A DNA stretch of 64,000 nucleotides. It comes from Squalus acanthias (lineage: Eukaryota). The translations under genes were made by a program, and so were the position numbers. The notes beneath the pieces are model-generated. The model was not told the origin of the DNA, ran no database searches, and saw only the letters and a list, made by a program, of their open reading frames with translations. Shown one piece after another: positions 1 to 12,726 of this stretch; position 1 is the first letter of the stretch; every line of letters starts with the position of its first letter. The DNA lies in contig CM059433.1 in the NCBI GenBank assembly GCA_030390025.1, forward strand, positions 15,316,001-15,380,000, given 5' to 3'.

Positions 1-191
1 CAGGATACAGCTTGATCACTCTGTGAAATGTCATCCACCTATTGCAGTGGAACATTCTTCCCAGTTTCTAACTCCTGTGCAAGACAGCATTTTGTGAGTT
101 TCCCCAAATTTATGCTTCCCTATCTGAAAGGTATCAATTCCTTTCCAAAGTGCACGCGTGACATGACATTCGTAATTTGCATTCGTATAAT

Positions 192-991
192 GGCCCGGAA
201 TTTGTGGTCATGATGACACCGAACTGGCAGCGTTCGCCGTCATTCCGCCTTTGAAACTGACCGGCAACTTTAGGATTTATGCGAAAATCCTGAAGTTGCG
301 GTCTGTCATTCACTGCTCCGACACAGGTTGCGCTGTATCCCTACCCGCCCACACCCCCCGCGGCCCCCCCCAGCCCCCCACCCCAACACACACACACACA
401 CACACACAGAGCCAGCAATCAGTGAAATCTCTCAAATCAGGGAGACGGACGTAAATTTCGGCTCATCCATGGTAATACTGCTGTTAAATTCCCCACTAAA
501 AGTTAGACCCAAAGGGATTAGGTGTACCTGGGGTTTTAACATTGTATTGACTACTAAACAAAGGTTATAGCCCTGAAAAACTAATTTTAATTTTGTGCAG
601 TGTCAAAATAATTTTTTTTTTAAACTTCTAAGATAATGTATTCTTTTTTTTCAAGTGTGTCCATCTTTATTTCAGGTTTGCCTTTTCCCCATGTGAGAGC
701 CCCAATCTTTGTTTTGCTCTCTCTAACATTTTTAAAAAGTTAGAATTTTAAGAGCTTACCCACTTCCTTGTTCGCAGTCTGTGAGAATTTTGCGTTTTGA
801 TTTGCTGCTTAGACAGCTTGTTGATGAGACAGCGACTCGCACAAGGGAATCCCCATGAAACTCCGTTGATTTGAATTACACGTCAGAAAACCCAAACTTC
901 TCGACACAGTGATCGTGAGATCTTTGTATAAAACTTATTTCGGGACCAGTGGCGACTGCCTTTGCTTTGCCACTGACCGCAAATTCGGGCC
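192..991. mobile_element. Non-autonomous Harbinger-type DNA transposon (MITE)
   Basis: TIR GGCCCGGAATTTGTGGTCA / TGACCGCAAATTCGGGCC (1 indel, 1 mismatch). AAT at 189-191 and 992-994. Inserted into an L2 3' tail. Confidence 0.85.
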
Positions 992-994
992 AAT

Positions 995-1250
995 CTTTAA
1001 CATAGAAATATATCCCAAGGTGCATCGCACATGCGTGAAGAAAATGAACACCAAGCAAAAGAGGGAAATAATAGGGGGAGTGACCAAAAGCTTGGTCGAA
1101 GAGGTGGGTTTTAAGGGGCGTTTTTTAAAGGACAGGGTGGCAGAGAGGCAGAGGGGTTGGGAGACAGGGGGGATTTCCAGAAAGTGGGATCCAGGTGGCT
1201 GAAAGCACAACTACCAAAGGTGGAGTGAAGAGAGTGGAGGCAGTATGTTT
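995..1250 (-). mobile_element. Degenerate L2 LINE 3' end
   Basis: Reverse complement resembles the L2 3' end at 39980-40190 (taaaacccacctcttcgaccaagc). The tail continues at about 170-191 on the other side of the MITE. Confidence 0.7.
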
Positions 1251-1489
1251 GCATACCTGACAATTTACTGGGAATATATATCTGCTATCCTGTTTGTGGT
1301 TAAAATGGGGAACTGAATTGGCCAAAAATAAGCATGTTGCTTGATGTCCTTTTGCCACAATAAACAATGCAAAGTGATTATTTTGCTTTTCAAATAAGGA
1401 GGTGGTCTTGACTGTCGAATGATTCAGAGACATGCAGCACCCTGCCAGTATAAACTAGCAGATAGACTTCCCTATCGAGACTTCATTCT

Positions 1490-3253
1490 TCCAAAAAGAA
1501 AATATACAGAAAGGTCAGAGGAAAAGTGAAAAAGAAAATAAGAGGGGCAAAGAGAGGGTATGAGAATAGAATGGCAGCCAACATAAAAGGTAATCTAAAA
1601 GTCTTCTATAGGCATATAAATAGCAAAAGGGTAGAAAAAGGAAGGGTGGGGCTGATTAGGGACCAAAAAGGAGACCTGAGCATGGAGGCAGAGGGTATGG
1701 CTGAGGTACTAAACGAGTACTTTGCATCTGTCTTCACCAAGGAAGAGGATGCTGCCATAGACATAGTGAAGGAGGAGGTAGTGGAGACACTTGATAGGAT
1801 AAAAATTGTTAAAGAAGAGGTATTAGAAAGGCTGGCTGTACTTAAAGTAGATAAGTCACCAGGAGTGGATGGGATGCATCCTAGGATGCTGAGGGAATTG
1901 AGGGCGGAAATCGCGGAGGTACTGGCCATAATATTCCAATCCTCCTTAGATAAGGGGGTGGTGCCAGAGGACTGGAGAATTGCAAATGTTACACCATTGT
2001 TCAAAAAAGGGTGTAAAAATAAACCCAGCAATTACAGGCCAGTCAGTTTAACCTCGGTAGTGGGGAAGCTTTTAGAAACAGTAATCAGGGACAAAATTAA
2101 CAGTCACTTGGACAAGTGTGGATTAATTAAGGAAAGCCAGCACGGATTTGTAATAAAAGGGACAGTGGCAGCATGGATATGGAATTGGCTAAGTGACAGG
2201 AAACAGAGAGTAGTGGTGAACGGTTGTTTTTCAGACTGGAGGAAGGAAAACAGTGGTGTTCCCCAGGGGTCGGTTCTAGGACCACTGCTTTTCTTGATAT
2301 ATATTAATGACTTGGACGTGGGTGTACAGGGCACAATTTCAAAATTTGCAGATGACACTAAACTTGGAAGTATAGTGAACAGTGAGGAGGATAGTGATAG
2401 ACTTCAGGAAGACATAAACAGGCTGGTGGAATGGGCGGACACGTGGCAGATAAAATTTAATGCAGAAAAGTGTGAAGTAATACATTTTGGTAGAAAGAAT
2501 GAGGAGAGGACATATAAACTAAATGGTACAATCCTAAAGGGGGTGCACAAACAGAGAGACCTGGGGGTATATGTGCACAAATTGTTGAAGGTGGCAGGGC
2601 AGGCTGAGTAAGCAGTTAAAAAGGCTTACGGGATCCTGGGCTTCATAAATAGAGATACAGAGTATAAAAGTGTGGAAATTATGATGAACCTGTATGAAAC
2701 ACTGGTTCGGGTCCAACTGGAGTATTGTGTCCAATTCTGGGCACCACACTTTAGGAAGGATGTGAAGGCCTTAGAGAGGGTGCAGAAAAGATTTACGAGA
2801 ATGATTCCAGGAATGAGGGACTTCAGTTACGTTGATAGACTGGAGAAGCTGGGGTTGTTCGCCTTGGAGCAGAGAAGATTGAGAGGAGATTTGATAGAGG
2901 TGTTCAAAATCATGAGGGGTCTGGACAGAGTAGATAGAGAGAGGCTGTTCCCATTGGCAGAAGGGTCGAGAACCAGAGGACACAGATTTAAGGTGATTGG
3001 CAAAAGAACCAAAGGCGACGTAAGAAAAACCTTTTTTACGCAGCGAGTGGTTAAGATCTGGAATGCACTGCCTGAAAGGGTGGTGGAGGCAGACCCAATC
3101 TTATCTTTCAAAAGGGAGTTGAATAAGTACCTGAAATAAAAAAAATTGCAGGGCTACGGGGAACGGGCAGGGGAGCGGGACTAGCTGAGAGTCGGCACGG
3201 GCTTGACGGGCCGAATGGCCTTCTTCCGTACTGTAACCATTCTATGGTTCTAT
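1490..3253 (+). mobile_element. 5'-truncated CR1-clade LINE (HER1-like), RT region with internal deletion
   Basis: ORFs 1526-2611 and 2672-3139 carry KSPGxDG, NYRPVSLTS, GVPQGSVLGP, FADD and the CR1 C-terminus (LEYCVQFW...RGH...FFTQRVV). QHGF is joined directly to IKGTV (deletion). Stop at 2609-2611. Tail ttctatggttctatg. Confidence 0.95.
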
Positions 3254-4546
3254 GAAGGCCAACCATGCTCTCAATGTGCCTGCCCCCAGCAGCTCTACCT
3301 ATTGTTTACATGTAATCCCAGTGAGTAAGATTTAAAAGCAAAATATAGGATATAAAAAAATTATGCAGCAGCACATGCGGATTTAAAACATTTTCTTTCA
3401 ATTTTACTTTTAAATCTAGCTGGTTGTAAACAGAGATAAACAGTTATGTAGGGGGGAATTACCTGTGTGGATGGGTGACCGAGAGGTGGAAGTATGTCAC
3501 TGAGTGTAGCTAGAATTTCTTAACGTGAAATCCTGTAACTTAACCAACAATTAATTGATAAATCACTTAGATGAATTGAATGACTAATTCTAGGTTCCAG
3601 GCTCTCAAAACCTAATTTAATCAAATTATATATTGTTTGCACTAAATTCCCACTCTGCTATTATTTTACATTGCTTAATTCAAGTTATTGGATAATTTAA
3701 TTGTTTTATAGCAATTTTTTTTAATTCAAATTATTAGGAGTAGATGTCTTACTCTCATTTGGGACAGGATCCCATGATCCCACTCGTTAGATTAGTAGAA
3801 TATAAACTGATCGTGTGTTGCTAGTTTAAGGTGCCAATTACCAAAATCTAAGATATCTACTGCCAATTAATTGTTAATTGCAAAAGAGACAATAAAATTA
3901 CAAAGAAGTTCAGGAACAGAATTATCAGCTCTAAGAAGGAGATTCTTGGTGAAGTTGGCGAATTCTTATTTCATTGTCACTTCCACACGGAGCATTGCTG
4001 CTTGGAAACCCACAGTCTAGTTCAGAATGTGAAGTTATCTGAAAGCTGACATGGAAGACTGAACACATCACACAGAACAATGAAGAGAGGATTTCACAAT
4101 CAGTAGTAAATAGGAACAGCAGGAATTCTGCCTTCCCATCTGGATTGTTTGAATGTATCTTGTGCATCAACCTTAAATAACATTTCTAACAGGATCTCAT
4201 CTCGTTGAACACAGATGAAAATGAATGTTTGTGCTTAAACTTCAATCTGCAGATTCTCAGATATTTCATAACAAGATGGACAACCACAGAATAACTAACC
4301 ACCGTAATATTCTCTCAAAGTTCTTGCGAAAAAAAATAGCCTGTGACAGCAGTTATTTTCTCATTTTTGGCAATAGCTTCCTTTCTGTTCTTGGAACAGG
4401 AACTTAAAATCCCACATCAACTTCGAAATAATGGTATAAAATAAATAACCTGACGTGGCCTGAATTGTGCAATTTTCAGTTTATTCATGAACAGCTTAGC
4501 AGAGCCTGGTTGAAGCCACTTAAGCTTTAGATGTGTCGGGACCTCT

Positions 4547-6040
4547 AAGAACATAAGAACATAACAAATAGGAGCAGGAGTAGGCCACTCGGCCCCGCAA
4601 GCCTGCTCCGTCATTCAATAAGATCATGGCTGATCTGATCTTGGCCTCAACTCCACTTTCCTGCCCACTCCCCATAACCCTTGATTCCACTGTTTTTCAA
4701 AAATCTGTCTATCTCCGCCTTGAATATATTCAATGGGCTGGATTTTCCAAGCCCCGAGGAGGCGGGCATGGAGGCGGGACAGCCGGTAAATTCAGGAGAA
4801 AGTGGGGGCGGATGGCAAACCCGCCCCCATCCCGCCTCCGTGCCCTTTTGCCAGAAGGCGGGAAGATGTGCAGCTTTGGGTCCCGTCTCCTGGAGGCGGG
4901 AAAGGCATTTAATCCTTTTAACTGCCTGTTAACAGGTAGTTAACAGGCAGAAAAAAGGATTAGTGCCATTTTACCTTCACAGGTGAAGGCTTCCCGACCT
5001 CGGAGAACCCTGCCAGGTTGGAGGAGACGTGAAGGAGGTCTGCGGCGGTCGGAGGCACCTGGAAGTAAGATGTAGAGGTGAGTGATGGGTGCAAGTGTGG
5101 AGTGGTAAGTATGCAAGGTGAGTGATAAGTTTTAAAAAGTGTTCACTTACCTTGTTTTCTTCCTACAGCCTTCAGCCTCGGTGGATCGGGAGAGCTGACA
5201 TCCTCCTTGTCAATTTCACAGACTGGCTGTTGGAACCTCCGATCCAACAGCCATGTGAAATTTACAAATTTGAAAGGTTTGATGAGTCCTGAACACAAGG
5301 ACTCATCAAACTAAAGAGAATGTCAGTGTTTGACAGCTTCACAGAGCTGTCAAACGCTGACATTTCTTCTTTCAAGAAGTCTTGACAGATAGCACGTCTG
5401 ACATTGACGTGCCCTGTCAGTGACTTCCTCCCTAATTGGCCTGCTGAGCCCGCAGGGCAGGCTTAACAAGATCAATCAGGGGAAAATCCCTCTGGTTGGT
5501 CAGGCGAGGATGGAGGCGGGACATTGACATGACAAGCAGCAGTCCCGCCTCCAACACGCCTCCATGCACAAAATCCAGCCCAATGACTCAGCCTCAACAG
5601 TTCTCTGGGGTAGAGAATTCCAAAGATTCACGACCCTCTGAGAGAAGAAATTCCTCCTCATCTCCGTTTTAAATGGACGACCCCTTATTCTGAAACTATG
5701 CCCCCTAGTTCTAGATTCCCCCACAAGGGGAAACATCCTCTCTGCATCTACCCTGTCAAGCCCCTCAGAATCTTATATGTTTCAATAAGATCACCTCTCA
5801 TTCTTCTAAACTCCAATGAGTATAGGCCCAACCTGCTCAACCTTTCCTCATAAGACAACCCCTTCAACTCAGGAATCAACCTCGTGAAGCTTCTCTGAAC
5901 TGCCTCCAATGCAAGTATATCCTTCCTTAAATAAGGAGACCAAAACTGTACGCAGTACCCCAGGTCTGGTCTCACCAATGCCCTGTACAGTTGTAGCAAG
6001 ACTTCCCTACTTTTATACTCCATCCCCCTTGTAATAAAAT
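4547..6040 (-). mobile_element. CR1 LINE 3' fragment interrupted by a MITE
   Basis: Minus ORFs 5748-6068 and 5500-5736 encode the CR1 ORF2 C-terminus. (taagaaca)n tail near 4547. Confidence 0.92.
4735..5581. mobile_element. Harbinger-type MITE nested in CR1
   Basis: Perfect 12-bp TIR GGGCTGGATTTT/AAAATCCAGCCC. AAT TSD at 4732-4734 and 5582-5584. CR1 sequence is continuous across the insertion. Confidence 0.92.
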
Positions 6041-6938
6041 GTCTCCCATGTACAATTTCTGAACGCACATCACCATTCGCTTTGTCCAGGCACTACTTTC
6101 ATGCCATTCAAGGCACGTGGTGGGATAACAACTGTGGCTGGAGTCAGAGCAACATAAAGCAGCTAGACTTTTGTTTATGTTGGACCTTGTAGCCTAGTAA
6201 AGCTTTTGCATCGATATTCTGCGATATGTATACATCCGATTTCTGATAGTCTAAGTGGGGGGAGATGTGTTTGATTCCTAATGGTGCAGTCATGATGAGT
6301 ACTTGTATCTGCATCCAGGATGGTCTAAGCCACATCAATGCCCATATTTTAAGGCTTTGCAAAGCAGAAAGGAAAAAAAAAAAGCCTGACTCATGATAAT
6401 GAGCTGCTGGTACAAATTTCACATGTTCTCTTGGACCATTTTCGGGGGTGATCGAATTTCTAGGCCACAGTATTAATTTGACGGATCATCCATTATTCTT
6501 GCCAATAACTAGCATTGTTGAATGGCAGAATTACTTCACATGTGCACAAAATCCAATGAAATCTTTGGAAATAATTTAATTGTTGTAAACACTTTAAGAA
6601 TTTATGAACCAGCCTTATTTTAAAAGAAGCTCTTATTGTTGGTCAGTAAAACCTCTGTAACGACCAATTCATATATAAACTGTTCTTTCATTTCTGCTAC
6701 ATGTAGAATTATCGATTTAAATTTAATATTCAAAATTACAAGCTGTAAGCTATTGAGGTAACCATGGAATTTTGAGGATTTTGTCGTGTAATGGAAAGTA
6801 ACTTATAAATACTCAGAGACCTGGATACTTTGGATTTTAAAAATTTTGATTACATGAATAACCATTCTTTAGATGCATACTAAAAATAAATACAACTGTA
6901 GAACAGAATGGAATACATAACAAAATATCACAGGCCAG

Positions 6939-7697
6939 GACCAGAATTTTCCAGGGTGGTAGTGGGCGCGATCGGTGGTGGGTCAGGTAGAAAAGTTGTT
7001 ATTTTTGACAGCGGGTCGGGAACCCGCTGTCATCTCGCTCCCACGCGCCTTTCCCCCAGACGCGTCTGTCATCGCAGAGCTGACCCGACCGGCAGCGCCA
7101 GGCCACCAAATTGAGATGATTATCAGGTAGTTTACAGGCACTTAAGAGCTTTTTATCACTTACTTTTTAAATTTCCCTGCATGGCCACGGGATTCTCGCA
7201 GTTCAGGAACCACGTCTGTCAACCTGAGGCAGGAGTTCACTTGCCATTGCTTCAGCTGATTACTTGACAGCATCAAATGTTCAGTGAAAGCTCTCAGCTG
7301 ACAGATGATCACTTTCCTCAGGCAGAAGCTGTTGCTCAGTCCATTTCCAGCACAGATTCTGCAGGATATGGCGGGAGTCATCGGAGAACCTGGGTGCAGC
7401 CCTCTGCCTCTGTGCAGCCATTGTCAGTGTTTGCAGCACTCCAATGCTGTAGTGCACTGACAGCACTATGTTAGATAAAACCTCAAATGTAATGTGGCCA
7501 TGGTCCCTTTCAGCATCCCGGCTGAAAACGAGTCATGAATGACGTCACCAGACCCACTTCATCTCATTGGGCCGGGTAACGCACTGGGTGGGCTTAATAG
7601 GCCCCATTAAGGTAAGTTCAATTTCAACAGCAGGATGGAGCCAGCAGTGGGGTTGCGACCCGCCACCGGATATTCCCAGGTAGGCAAAATTCTGGCC
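6939..7697. mobile_element. Harbinger-type MITE
   Basis: TIR GACCAGAATTTT / AAAATTCTGGCC. Flanks CAG/TAG. Abuts a CR1 fragment. Confidence 0.7.
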
Positions 7698-7700
7698 TAG

Positions 7701-8112
7701 GTCTCTTTTCGCTTGAAAAGAGAAGGCTGAGGGGTGACCTAATAGAGGTCTTTAAAATTATAAAAGGTAGAATAGAGTAGACACAGAAAGAGTGTTTCCA
7801 CTTGTGGGAAAGAGCAAAACTAGAGGCCATCAATATAGGATAGTCACCAAGAGATCAAATAGGGAATTCAGAAGAAACTTCTTTGCCCAGAGAGTGGTGA
7901 GAATGTGGAATTCGCTACCATGGGGAGTAGTTGAGGTGAATCATATAGATGCATTTAAGGGGAAGCTAGATAAGCATAAGAGGGAGAAGGGAATCGAGGG
8001 TTATGCTGAAAGAGTTAGATGAGGAAGAATGGGAGGAGGCTCGAGTGGAGCATAAACGACGGCATGGGCAGGTTGGGTCGAATGGCCTGTTTCTGTGCGT
8101 ATATTCTATGTA
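7701..8112 (+). mobile_element. CR1 LINE 3' fragment
   Basis: ORF 7792-8022 (TRGHQY...FFAQRVVRMWNSLP) followed by a CR1-type 3' UTR (gggtcgaatggcctgtttctgtg). Confidence 0.88.
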
Positions 8113-8150
8113 AGGAGTATCCTGCATACTATGGGTGAGTAAACAAACAT

Positions 8151-8680
8151 AGTCCGTAAGGGTGACCCTGAGCTCCCGGTGGCCTGTCACTTTAATTCTC
8201 TGCTTCACTCCCACTCTGATCTCTCTGTCCTCGGCCTATTACACTGTTCCAATGAAGCTCAACGTAAGCTCGAGTAAAAGCACCTCATCTTTCGATTAGG
8301 CACTTTACAACCTTCCGGACTCAACATTGAGTTCAACAATTTCAGACAATAATCCCTGCCCCCATTTTTCATGCTGTATGATTTTGCCATTCCCATTTGC
8401 AACATTTTATCTTTCCTGCCTCTTACATAAGCACAGTATGTTCTTTCAATTCCTTCCTCCCCTCCTAAACCACCCACCCCACCCCCCCTCCACCCCCGTC
8501 TCTGCACCTGCTTAATATCTGTTACATCTCCAGCTTTTTCCAGTTCTGATTAAGGGTCACAGACCTGAAACGTTAACTCTGTTTCTCTCTCCACGGATGC
8601 TGCCTGACCTGCTGAGTATTTCCAGCATTTTCTGTTGTTATTTCAGATTTCCAGCATCCGCAGTATTTTGCTATTGTAAT
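8151..8680 (+). mobile_element. Penelope-like element 3' fragment (GIY-YIG C-terminus plus pLTR)
   Basis: Near-identical to the reverse complement of 27504-28000. Encodes PVACHFNS...RLGTLQPSGLN. Contains a mutated hammerhead motif at 8542-8578. Confidence 0.88.
8542..8578 (+). ncRNA. Minimal hammerhead ribozyme motif, core-mutated (CUGAUUA)
   Basis: agtt-CTGATTA-a-gggtc-aca-gacct-GAAA-cgtt-aact. The conserved G8 is replaced by T. Confidence 0.65.
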
Positions 8681-9659
8681 AGGTTCAGAGGCTCCATTTG
8701 CTTCGATTCAAACCAAACCAAACTAATCCTATCAAACCCAATTGTAGAAATAGGCTTTGATATTGGTCCTGAACCCAATCCTCGGCCACATCTGCTGAAA
8801 CAGCTGCTAATCGAAATGTTCTTACTTCTAGCCTTGACACAACACAACACAACAAGAAAATTCAGAGAGCTGAGACTAGCTCTTCTTTACTTGCACAGCT
8901 TTATATCGCCGCTATAGTTGATCTATTTTTGATCTAATGTTCAAATCCTCCAGCCTGTCACTTAATGGCACAGAGCATACTTGCTCCAAGCCCCTCAGCA
9001 AGCAGTTCCTCATGTCCATAATAAGATTTATTGGATGGCTCTGATAGATGCTTGATGAGCGTGAAGACACTTGGTGCAAATACCCCCCAGGAGATGCTCC
9101 ATGGCCATAAAGATGACTGCTCCAAATCCTCCTGGATGTTTCCAATTTCCATCGACTCGGAAATAGCTTCGGTTAAGATAATGGTTGAAGCTAGAATTTA
9201 ATCTAAAAGCTCAGCATAGGAACTTGTTAGAACAACCAAGCTACTTCTAGCATATAAAATTTTAAATCTGCATTTGAAACGGAGATATGCTTGGACCAGT
9301 TACTTATTTATCTGGAGTTCATGGATGTAAGATGATTCAAATCAGAAGTGTACTTGGGAACCGAATCTTTACATTTTATACAAATTATAATTTTATTATC
9401 CTGGAAGGAATAGCAAACATGTAGCTGATCAGATATTTACATTTTTCAAAATACAAAATGTTGATATTAAGTCATGAGTATGAAAAAAAAATGCTTCTGC
9501 TAGATATTCTCGTGAGCCAAAAGTGATTTTGGTTCTTTGCTATATAAACATGTAAGTTTGAATCATACAATAATTCCTGGGTGATTTACAATTAACTCTG
9601 TTTCTCAGAGCATTTTAGCAGCAAGAATGTAACTTTTTTTCCTCGGAGGAACAAGTAAA

Positions 9660-9910
9660 TCAACAATAACAACAGAAAACGCTGGAAAAACTCAGCAGGC
9701 CAGGCAGCATCCGTGGAGAAAGAAAGAGAGTTAACGTTTCAGGTCGATGACCTTTCGTCAGAACTGTGAAGAGCCGGAAATCAAATGGATTTAAGGCCAG
9801 AGTAAAGCTGGGAAAAGGGGGAGGGGATAAAAGAACAAAGGGGGAGAGGAAGAGACATTAAGAGACATTAAGAGATATGCAAGGCTAGAGGTGGTGTTAA
9901 TGTGACAGAT
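9660..9910 (-). mobile_element. Penelope-like pLTR fragment (divergent subfamily)
   Basis: acagaaaacgctggaaaaactcagcaggccaggcagcatccgtggag matches the pLTR of the other copies. Carries a hammerhead motif. Confidence 0.8.
9729..9765 (-). ncRNA. Minimal hammerhead ribozyme motif
   Basis: Minus strand: agtt-CTGACGA-a-aggtc-atc-gacct-GAAA-cgtt-aact. Core intact, perfect 5-bp stem II. Confidence 0.75.
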
Positions 9911-10099
9911 TAAGGCTGAAAGAATTTTGATTCAGAATTATACTTCTAAACCTTGTCAACATTTTGTGTCTTTGCTATTTTAAACCATTTAGAAAGTACC
10001 TGGGTACCTGAGTATAAAAAATATCCCATTACCTGTGCTGACAATGGAACTTCACTGGCAAAGGATTATACCCAACACAATCTTTCACTAAAATTAGTT

Positions 10100-11200
10100 T
10101 TTAAATTTTGATCAACAACTTTCGAGTGTCCAACTGCCTAGTCTTTGGCCTGCTATTTGCCATGATACTTCTGCAGTCATCGATCTGCTCAGCCACTCCC
10201 TCACCTCCACATTTGTCCCCAGCAAATTCTTTTCTATCTCTCATCCCGGTCATTCCCCCTGGTATGGCATCTACTTTTGCTCCCTCACGTCCAAGGGGTG
10301 CAGACTTAAGTGTATGTGGTGCACAACTGGTTTAGTCATTTATCACCAAATCCGGCTGAACCACATCAATTGCTAAGGAGCCTCACATTCCTCTGCTAAA
10401 AGCAACCAGGATCATCCTGAGAGCAAACACAACTCCAATTACTTTTCTCCACAACTAGCAGTTTCCTTAAACCACTCTCCCTTTCCCCCTCCACCCTTAC
10501 CTCCAACAACAAATGCAAGGAGCTCGGAGACGTCTTTGGCACTAAGATTGAGACCATCCGTTCAGCTATCTCTGTTACTTCTCCCACTTCCTCTTGCCTA
10601 CCAAACCAAACCATCCCCCAAGATCCCACTGCCCTAAACCTGAACCTGCATCTTTCTCCACTTTCTCTCATATCTTCCCTATCTCCCCTCATGCCTTCTC
10701 CAATCTCATATCCATGAGACCTACCTTCTGCTCCCTTGACTGCTGATCATCCAAGTTCCCTTTGTAGCCCCCATGCTAGCTGAGATTCTGTTCCTCAGGT
10801 AATGTATCGGTCCCATGCATAATGACTGTCGTAAGAAAACTACTAGGCACTTGGTCTGAGTATTAAACAAGACTTTAATCAACTGTTTTTCAACATGGAG
10901 ATCTAGTTGTGTCCTTTACTAGTTCCTGTTAAGGAATGTCCTGAGCAAGCTGGGCCCATGCCCGAGTATTTATACTCTCCCTGGACAGCGCCACCAGCAG
11001 GCCACCCAGTATTATTTCATAAGTCATTTCCACATGAATGACAAGATTCATGTCAATGACCATCATCACTTTCCCCATCCTTGGAAAAACCCACCATTGA
11101 GCCATCTGTCCTTGCACACTACCACGCCGTCTTCAACCTCCCTATCCTCTCCAATGTCCCTGCATGTGTTGTCGCCTCTCAAATCTGTGCCCACCTTTCC
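10100..11200 (+). mobile_element. Degenerate L2 LINE ORF2 fragment, interrupted at about 10803-11050
   Basis: Similar to the L2 at 38030-38830 (taagattgagaccatccgttcagct; aacctccctatcctctccaa). Confidence 0.8.
10803..11050 (-). mobile_element. Putative short solo-LTR-like insertion within L2
   Basis: About 250 bp of foreign sequence bounded by TGTATC...GATTCA. TATAAATA and ATTAAA in order on the minus strand. No clear TSD. Confidence 0.4.
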
Positions 11201-12569
11201 TGCAACTTCTGTTTGTATCTCTCCTGCTTCTCCCGGCTCCATATTCAGGTAACTATAATTTAAAAACTTACCTTTTTGATAGCAGTCTGCAGTGGCGACA
11301 CTACTTTAAGGATGACCTCTTAGGTCGAATGTAGACCTTGTTTTCCTGAATGCAGGCGTTGGCTGCCTCAGGGCAAACCAATATTGCAGAGGGGGCCTCA
11401 AACAGATGTTAGGCCCCTTATTTGCATATATAAACAGTCTAATGCCTGTTTGAAGCGTGGGCCCTGGATGCCTATTTTTAAGCCTATACCATTATGGCGG
11501 GAGGCACACCTCTGGCTCATAATGGGCATGCACTTTCTGCACGCCATATTGGAGGCTTAGGCATCCACTTAGTACATAACAAACATAAGAAATAGAAGCA
11601 GGGGTAGGCCAAACGGCCCCTTGAGCCTGCTCCACATTCAATACGATCATGGCTGAACTTCTACATCAACTCTAGCGCCTGAAAAACGAGCTCTGCACCA
11701 TTAGATTTCTAGGCCTCAGTATAAATGCCAGTCGCTGAAAGACCATTTCCAAAAGTTCAATCAGCAGATGGCAAAACCCAGATGGTTTGAATCAATCCAT
11801 AATTTAGATATTTGGAAAAATATGTTAAGTTTGGTCCAGATCAAACCTTTTTGGATTTTGACGAACCTGGTCCTTTGTTAGGAAACTGATTGCATTCAGG
11901 CACAAAGTAGGTCTAAAATGTATGGTTTTAAGTACAATCGATTTGTGGGATCTTGTTTTTGAGGTAACTTTGGTCATATCACTTTTCCACATTCACCTCC
12001 ATAACATCTCCTGGAAGTCTTCTGGTGAAAATCTGTCTGATTCAAAACAGTCATGTTGGGGCATGTGTCTAAATTCATTCTGCTCTGCTGCTGGATGTGA
12101 GTTTAATTCCCTGGTACTCCAGCAGAGGGAATGGGCTGGATATTCATCTGCTGTACTGTTCCAAATCGGGTAGTATAGCCTTGGCTAATTAGGGAAAGTC
12201 TGGTGAGGGGGCTTACCATCACATACCTGACCTGAACTAAATTTTCCTCCCCCTGGCCCAGCAAGGAATGGCTCTGAGCACCCCTTTCTCCAACCCACTG
12301 CGTGTAAATGATGGCAGGGAGGTGGATCCCAGCAACTTGCAACGATTGCCCCACCTTCCACCTGTGCCAACGCTGACCCGCGGGACTGCCAGAAGAGGAG
12401 TGGCGGACGTCCCTGGGACAGTGGCAGCAATCCTGCTCAGCACAGTGTTGGAGGTAGAGGGCCGCCTCGTACTGCAGTTGACTTTATCCCCCTTGGGAGC
12501 AGTAGGCTGCTGGTAGGGGAGATCCCAAGGGGGGCTTAATTATGCCTGATGGAGGAAACTGGGACGGGC

Positions 12570-12726
12570 TCCTTAAAACCTACCTCTTTGACCAAGCTTT
12601 TGGTCATCTGCCCCAAAATCTCCTTATATGGCTCGGTGTCAAATTTTGTTTGGTAACACTCCTGTGAAGCGCCTTGGGGCATTTTACTACGTTAAAGGCG
12701 CTATATAAATTGCAGTTGTTGTTGTT
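12570..12726 (+). mobile_element. L2 LINE 3' end
   Basis: ctccttaaaacctacctctttgaccaagc...aaaggcgctatataaat...gttgttgttg matches 40039-40190. Confidence 0.85.

Noticed and set aside
3931..4040. Possible minus-strand terminal exon (ITSHSELDCG...) and other microexon-like segments at about 3460-3510, 28225-28260 and 49315-49452
   Set aside because: Only generic splice-like signals with no recognisable protein; expected by chance.
5279..5311. TGATGAGTCC...GGAC as a hammerhead ribozyme
   Set aside because: No GAAA after the stem and no C3; it is a simple hairpin.
11060..11090. Apparent polypurine tract next to the small LTR-like insert
   Set aside because: The sequence aligns with the continuing L2 ORF2 (compare 38697-38730), not with an LTR-element interior.
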